The translations under genes and the position numbers were made by a program. Under the pieces are notes generated by a model. That model was given only the letters and a program-made list of their open reading frames with translations. It was not told the origin of the DNA and searched no databases. Below, piece by piece: positions 58,284 through 64,000 of a DNA stretch of 64,000 bases. The stretch lies in assembly GCA_044226015.1 (NCBI GenBank), contig JBGAHS010000005.1, positions 608,001 to 672,000 of the forward strand, read 5' to 3'. Source of the stretch: Candidatus Obscuribacteraceae bacterium (GTDB lineage Bacteria; Cyanobacteriota; Vampirovibrionia; Obscuribacterales; Obscuribacteraceae). Within the stretch, counting starts at the first letter, position 1; each line of letters opens with the position of its first letter.

Positions 58284-61278
58284 CGTCCAATTCACCTTTG
58301 ACCATGACCTAGAGGGTAGCAGCTTTTGCGTATTAGAATTGCTATCAAAGCAACTACACCTAATAAGTGTGGGCGAACTCAGTCAACATGTCGAGCTGGA
58401 CGAAGGACGATATGCGGCAATCGTTTACCTTCCAAGCGGAAGTCAATTACATGCTACGTTTCAAACGCAAGATGGCAACAATAAAGTTGTGCGTCTGCCC
58501 TCAGCGGCCCGATCAGCAGGATCGCTCCTGAAGCTCTCCTCTACCCTCAGAGCTACGACGATAGATGAAGCTACTCCACTTCCAATGAATATAAATAGAC
58601 TCACGTCTTTAGCAGCTGAGATTCGTCTTTCATTTAGCATCCCCGAGCAAAGCCCATCAACTATAGATTCCTTTTTGCTACAGGTAGGCTCAAACAAAGA
58701 TGAACAAATAAACATTACCTATCCAAAAGTATTTAGAGATAGGCACGGACAATACACTGTAGCAATCAATGAGGTAGAAAACAATTTTTCGGCAAGAGCC
58801 GTCCTACCTCCAACTAAACTTGGGATTGCATGGGAATATGCCTGTAATGGAAGTGCAACGCAATCCACAGTTCTAGCAAACTCAATTTCATTTTCTGATC
58901 TTTCCTCTGACGAGGAAGTCCTCTTAGCCGGACTCTTGATGATAAAACTCGGACTCAGAGCAACGGAAGATAATGTGCTAAAAGCAATAGAAAAAATTGA
59001 AAAAAGTGCGGACGCTCTAATAATTCAAGGGGAAATATTTGCTAGGCGTGGACTACACAGCAAGTCGTCAGATTGTTTTCGCGCTGCGGCCTCATTTGTT
59101 CCAGCTTTTGGATATAGTCTTGAGATTTTGTGTTTCAGAAGTTCTCAATACAGTGGTTCAGAATTTGAATTCGATCATTGGGCGAAGTTTCAAATTGCAT
59201 CCGCTGGAGTAATCCATAATAGCGTGACCCTAACATACAGAATCCAAAAGCCTGTTTCTGGCGACTTGGGCGAGATGCCACAATCAGTCGATACATCCAC
59301 AGAATCAACGCCGATTTTGGATGAATCGTTTACAAGATATACGATGAAAGCACTAGACGAGAAGAATAAGCGCATGTCCGTTCAGGAAACCCTAGAGTCA
59401 GAGATCCGACAGCGACTAAGGCTTTTGCTCCTAGAAGAGCCGGCGCACAAGACGTATGTGGCTAGAACTACCATCAAGGTGCCAAGCAATTTTTTCTATT
59501 TTTCTCAAAGCCGGAGCAATTTCTCTCGCTATCTTTCCTATGAAGATGACAAGTTGGATGCTGCAAAACGCCAAATTGGAAAGGGTAATTCGAACGCAGC
59601 TCTGAGAATGCTGGCGGGAATTGATGATTCAAAACTTTCGCCACTCGGGCATGTGAGAGTCGCTGTGAATAAAGGTATTTGTCATCTCATGTCAGAGCAT
59701 CTGGCTGATGCAGAACAGCAGTTTAAACAGGGGCTTGACATTGATGAGAATTCGCCTATCGCCCAAATCAATTTTGCTCAAGCGAAATTGCTACAGGGTG
59801 AGACAGCAGTAGCGTATCAGTACAGCGTACGAGCGCTCAAAACGAAATCAGCGCCGGACTACTTGGCGGTTCATCTGGTTGTCTTGTACGCAGATAAAAG
59901 ACGCCGACAGTTGGCAGAGTTTCTATGGAAACATCGGCGAGCCATCCAAAAAAGTTCTTCCTGTTTGTCCGCCCTGGGTCAGAATGCTATGGATGATAAA
60001 CGGCCTAGTAAGGCCGAATATTACTTCCGCCAAAGCATTTCGGTTAATCCTAAGAATGCGCAAACTTATTATCAGTGCGCATTATCGATCTATGTGCCGA
60101 CCGCAGAGAACGTTATGGAGAACCCGCCAACTCATGGAAATTATTCGAAATCAGTTCGTCAAAACCTACAATCAGTAATTGAACTTTTAGAAGTCACCAT
60201 TGAGTTATTGCGAAACGGAGACCTTACCCATCAGCTTTCAAAAGCGCTTGTATTTAAAGGTGCTGTTTATGCAGCCCTTGGTAGGCGCAAAGAATCCTAC
60301 ATGAATTTCAACGAAGCACTATCATTGGAGCCTGAAAATGCAGAGGCGATATTTAATATCGCAAAATTTCATATCCTTCAGGATCAACCGCAAAAAGCAG
60401 TGGAATTGCTTGAAAGGCTGGCGAGAAGTTCAGACAACATTACAGTTTTGGAGATGCTTGGTGAGGCTTACTGCCGCATGGGTCGATACGGAGATGCACT
60501 TGTACCGTTGCGTAAAGTGGTTGGCTTGGAACTGACTAATAGCCCGATGTATTTCCACACATACGATCGTCTTTTGGAAGCGGAATATAGGCTTGGTAAC
60601 GGTATTGAAGTTGAAAAGCTCACACAAAACCTCATGGCTCTATTTGAGAGCAAAAAGGATGGTCCTCGTTATGTCCTTGCAAAGCATTGGAAACGCCAAG
60701 GTAATCTCGCAATGGCGGAAGCTTTCTATGTTGCCGCTGCAATGGTCGCAAATGAATCGATGCGTTTTTGGATAACGAGAGAGCATGCGCAATTTGTCTT
60801 CGATGAGGCTCAAAAGACGTGGTTCCAAGATGCAGCAGTATCAAAAGCGCTGTTTGAAAAGTCGGCAATTTTGCTGCAGCAAATTATTTCAAGTGAATCT
60901 GACTCGCCAGAATATCGGGAATACATTGCAGCAATCGCAAATGCAGGACATCTTGAGGCGGCCGGAGAACTCGCACGCAAATTGCGCGAGTCTATCGGAG
61001 AAGTAATGCCGGTAATATCTGAGATTGAGGCACAAGCTGCCGCAAAAGCTGGAGATCTTCAGCGAGTTCTACTCCTGTTAAATCAACTTGTAAAGATAGA
61101 ACCAAACAACGTTAGAGCGAAAGCAAATCTTTTGAGTATCTACCGCAGAATGGGCCGCGTAGAAAGCCTTACGGCTGCATTGAGCACTGCAGTTCACAGT
61201 AACGTTCAAAACATTGGTCAGTTGGTGGCACAAAAAATGAGCATCATCTCGACAGCAAGAAGAATCGACGAGATTTGA
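58273..61278 (+). CDS. Large TPR protein
   Basis: Many TPR-like repeats (e.g. NAEAIFNIAKFH, LGEAYCRMGRYGDAL); start ATG 58273 overlaps the caspase 3' end. Confidence 0.85.
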   Translation: MKNSVQFTFDHDLEGSSFCVLELLSKQLHLISVGELSQHVELDEGRYAAIVYLPSGSQLHATFQTQDGNNKVVRLPSAARSAGSLLKLSSTLRATTIDEATPLPMNINRLTSLAAEIRLSFSIPEQSPSTIDSFLLQVGSNKDEQINITYPKVFRDRHGQYTVAINEVENNFSARAVLPPTKLGIAWEYACNGSATQSTVLANSISFSDLSSDEEVLLAGLLMIKLGLRATEDNVLKAIEKIEKSADALIIQGEIFARRGLHSKSSDCFRAAASFVPAFGYSLEILCFRSSQYSGSEFEFDHWAKFQIASAGVIHNSVTLTYRIQKPVSGDLGEMPQSVDTSTESTPILDESFTRYTMKALDEKNKRMSVQETLESEIRQRLRLLLLEEPAHKTYVARTTIKVPSNFFYFSQSRSNFSRYLSYEDDKLDAAKRQIGKGNSNAALRMLAGIDDSKLSPLGHVRVAVNKGICHLMSEHLADAEQQFKQGLDIDENSPIAQINFAQAKLLQGETAVAYQYSVRALKTKSAPDYLAVHLVVLYADKRRRQLAEFLWKHRRAIQKSSSCLSALGQNAMDDKRPSKAEYYFRQSISVNPKNAQTYYQCALSIYVPTAENVMENPPTHGNYSKSVRQNLQSVIELLEVTIELLRNGDLTHQLSKALVFKGAVYAALGRRKESYMNFNEALSLEPENAEAIFNIAKFHILQDQPQKAVELLERLARSSDNITVLEMLGEAYCRMGRYGDALVPLRKVVGLELTNSPMYFHTYDRLLEAEYRLGNGIEVEKLTQNLMALFESKKDGPRYVLAKHWKRQGNLAMAEAFYVAAAMVANESMRFWITREHAQFVFDEAQKTWFQDAAVSKALFEKSAILLQQIISSESDSPEYREYIAAIANAGHLEAAGELARKLRESIGEVMPVISEIEAQAAAKAGDLQRVLLLLNQLVKIEPNNVRAKANLLSIYRRMGRVESLTAALSTAVHSNVQNIGQLVAQKMSIISTARRIDEI

Positions 61279-61380
61279 CAAATTGTCTCTTCTGACACCT
61301 TCACTTAAGAGTAGGCCACTTTTGGGACGACGGTGGCCCCATTTTCGATTGGCAATATCAACGGCACAACTCGGAGCAGA

Positions 61381-63303
61381 TCAATCCCATCCAAGAAGCT
61401 CCGTTGCATTGCCGTTTGCCCAAAGTTCCCGTCGATCGAGCGTAGAGGCGCGCATCCATCCATTCAACTTCTTCGTCGACCACTTACTGGAAAGAATTTC
61501 AATCAACACTGGCATTCTCAGAAGTCTATATGCCTCGCCCAGTCCCGAAGAGGACGTAATAGTGACAGCCTTCTCTTTTGGGAAGTAGCGTATGGATCCC
61601 ATATCGAAGACCTTATCCTCTAAGTTCGTTGGATCCTGAGTCCATGCGCCAAAAATCTTGAGGTATGCGTATTTTCTGCGTTGTCGATACAAAATTCTTT
61701 CAAGAAGCGCTCGGCTATCTGTCTTGAGAATGAGGGTCCGCATGCCCCCATCCCTAACAGCGGACAGCTGGAAGCGTCTACCCATAAAATCGAATGACAC
61801 GTCAAGGAATTGAGTTCCCTCCAGTCCTGAAAGGTCAACCTTAATTCCTTGAAGTACTGAATTTGCGCATGAAAGCCAGTCATCTTTGGGAAGCAAATTA
61901 ACACCAAATTCGTAAGATCTTTCATCATGGCTGCCCATGAATTCATCGGCAAGGAATCCCACCTTTAGCAAAGGTGGAGTTCGTTGACTCCTAATCGTTG
62001 TTGTATCGACAGTCGATTCTTTATCAAATAAATTACCGTAGGAGGGATCGCTTTTATGTCTCTCAATAACTCGATCAACGAGCAAGTATGCATTTTGTTT
62101 GCTGCGTTGCTTTCGGAGTGCCACTACAAACTTTCCAAGCCCTTTCGATTCACCAACACCAACAAGTTTTCCTGCAACATGCTCAATAATATTGTGCCTA
62201 AGCAAGAGCGCCACCAACAATTGGTGAAGAAGCTGAGCCTCTGATAAGAAGGGACATGACCTTGTGCTATTGAGAATCACGCTCACATCGCGTCTGATTC
62301 TGTCCTTCGCCAAAAATTCTGGTTTTCTAGCAGTATCATTCGCTATGAATGATTTCCAATACGCTGCTTTTTCTCTGTCTGTTGCAAATCTGAGTATTGA
62401 TCTAGCCTCAGTCGCCATCCGTTTCAACGAATTGTTTCGCGCTACATCATGAAGGAATGATTTGTGTTCGAAATCCAAGAAAGACAATCGCAAAACTTCA
62501 GTAAGTCCTCCGTCGCCAGAGCCTGAAACCAATATTGAAGTACCTTGATTCGGGAAAAGTATTTGTTCGAGGTCGTCATTTCGCCAATAGGAAGGAGTCA
62601 TACTATGCCTTGGCGATTCCAGTCCGTAGCCGACGGCAATGACAACTAAATTAAATGAAGCATCGGATCTTCCGTCAGAGAAACTCAAAACTGGTAGGTC
62701 TCGATCGTTTAATCTGATACTTTCAATTTTGCAGCCAAATACAATTCTTTTCTTGAATGTTTTGGCAAATCGGTTCCACTGCGCCTGAAGCTGCTGCGCA
62801 ACTTGACCAGCAGCCCCCGCTTGCCAATTTAAGAACGGCATATGTGTAATTGGATAATCGAATCCTTGTTTAGGCCAGATGTACAAATTTGGATGTAGTA
62901 ATCGCGTAATGTTTCGACGCTGCAAATGCATTATTTCCTTTGCGCTCTCGAAGATGAAAACATGAGATCCAAGAGCATGCAGTGCAAGAGCCGCGGTAAT
63001 GCCGGAGATTCCGCCTCCAATTATTGCGATTCGCGATTTTGTGTTGATTTTATTTGCTTCCTTAAGTAACCACGCCAATTGAAAGGCGCGGCGTTGCTGC
63101 GCATGAACAGTAAGCAGGCTTGCGCGACATCCAATTTGGTAAACAGTCTCTTCAAATCCGTCAACTTCGTAGTTCTCACGCAGTATTTCGGGAATGGTAT
63201 GATCATTACTTTTCATCATCGGAGAAATCCAAGCCAACACTCTTTTATCCAAGTATACTGCCAAGTTACTGGCAAAACTATCTGGTTCAAAAGCACTGTC
63301 CAA
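61381..63303 (-). CDS. FAD/NAD(P)-binding oxidoreductase with an uncharacterised C-terminal domain
   Basis: IAIIGGGISG, LHPNLY.WP, AVGYG.E, SYWRND, VSGSGDGGL. Confidence 0.8.
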   Translation of the reverse strand: MDSAFEPDSFASNLAVYLDKRVLAWISPMMKSNDHTIPEILRENYEVDGFEETVYQIGCRASLLTVHAQQRRAFQLAWLLKEANKINTKSRIAIIGGGISGITAALALHALGSHVFIFESAKEIMHLQRRNITRLLHPNLYIWPKQGFDYPITHMPFLNWQAGAAGQVAQQLQAQWNRFAKTFKKRIVFGCKIESIRLNDRDLPVLSFSDGRSDASFNLVVIAVGYGLESPRHSMTPSYWRNDDLEQILFPNQGTSILVSGSGDGGLTEVLRLSFLDFEHKSFLHDVARNNSLKRMATEARSILRFATDREKAAYWKSFIANDTARKPEFLAKDRIRRDVSVILNSTRSCPFLSEAQLLHQLLVALLLRHNIIEHVAGKLVGVGESKGLGKFVVALRKQRSKQNAYLLVDRVIERHKSDPSYGNLFDKESTVDTTTIRSQRTPPLLKVGFLADEFMGSHDERSYEFGVNLLPKDDWLSCANSVLQGIKVDLSGLEGTQFLDVSFDFMGRRFQLSAVRDGGMRTLILKTDSRALLERILYRQRRKYAYLKIFGAWTQDPTNLEDKVFDMGSIRYFPKEKAVTITSSSGLGEAYRLLRMPVLIEILSSKWSTKKLNGWMRASTLDRRELWANGNATELLGWD

Positions 63304-64000
63304 TCAAAACAACTCCGGCAAAATTTCGGGCGTCTAGATCTCCTTTTCGAATGCAAAAATAGAGTTTTCCATTGTCTCCCCAGAAAAAGTTTGCTAAGTC
63401 GTCAGAAGCTATCTGCAATAACAGCAGCCAGTTATTAGCTGGATCGCCCGGTTCCGAGGATGGCGTGACGAACTGCTTTTGATATTTCGGATCGAATCGT
63501 TCCAGTTCTTCGTAGCAGTCCACAAACACGTCCTGCTGTATAAGTTGTGGATGACCAAGCAATTGATGTGTGGGTTCGTCATGCGCGTCACCCTGCCAAC
63601 CGTAAAGCAGCTCCTCGTATTTATCCCTTTCTTCGTCGGACATGATAATTGATCGGATCGTAGTCGAGCAACCGTCAGGAAGCGTATTTACGCAAGCAAA
63701 TTCAACAGAACAGGCTGGAAAAGTCTCTTCCGGAAAATCATCCCAGATCGGGTCCGGGGACGGCCGTTGTGCCGGCATTAAAGTGCTTTGGTTTTCAAAA
63801 TGGAAAACTTTCCAGGATGATGCTATACCGCCAAATGAGAATTCACTTGGATCGGCGAAGAACGAAAGTATGCCGTTTGATGGCAATCCTGAATCTGGCC
63901 AAACAGTTGCTATTACAGAAAGATCGAGCTGGCACAAAAATTCAAGTGGTGCTACAGCCTCACAGTCCACTACTGGCCATTCAAAATCTGGCGGCACATC
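63287..64000 (-). CDS. YwqG / DUF1963 family protein (5' end probably outside the window)
   Basis: PLEFLCQLDL, LP..G.LSFF, HQLLGHP..IQ, LLLQI.SD, WGD.G.LYF.I...DL. Confidence 0.88.
   Translation of the reverse strand, partial: DVPPDFEWPVVDCEAVAPLEFLCQLDLSVIATVWPDSGLPSNGILSFFADPSEFSFGGIASSWKVFHFENQSTLMPAQRPSPDPIWDDFPEETFPACSVEFACVNTLPDGCSTTIRSIIMSDEERDKYEELLYGWQGDAHDEPTHQLLGHPQLIQQDVFVDCYEELERFDPKYQKQFVTPSSEPGDPANNWLLLLQIASDDLANFFWGDNGKLYFCIRKGDLDARNFAGVVLIGQCF

Overview
Bacterial chromosomal window. The gene repertoire (many Hanks-type kinases, caspase-like proteins, low-complexity orphans) suggests Ca. Obscuribacterales/Vampirovibrionia; this is an inference. The housekeeping backbone is uppP, rsmI, rpsT, murC-murB-ddl, ssb, glgX, serS and tRNA-Arg(CCT). 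Main observations: (1) six sibling non-coding RNA units at 1.5-3.4 kb, each with its own TCAC-N7-TCAC-N11-TANNNT promoter and a covarying terminator hairpin, next to a divergent OmpR-type response regulator; the same promoter precedes three orphan ORFs; (2) a lipid-modification operon resembling the furan-fatty-acid (ufaM/D/O) pathway; (3) an msrA with an in-frame TGA at the catalytic Cys, probably a selenoprotein; (4) a poly-Ser leader-peptide attenuator upstream of serS; (5) a polymorphic-toxin-like locus with an HExxH metalloprotease tip, five paralogous small immunity-like genes and orphan toxin-tip remnants; (6) an island at tRNA-Arg with a duplicated att site, carrying an alpha/beta-hydrolase + caspase + TPR operon (candidate protease-activated defence system) and an FAD oxidoreductase. 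All calls were made by eye; no database searches were run.
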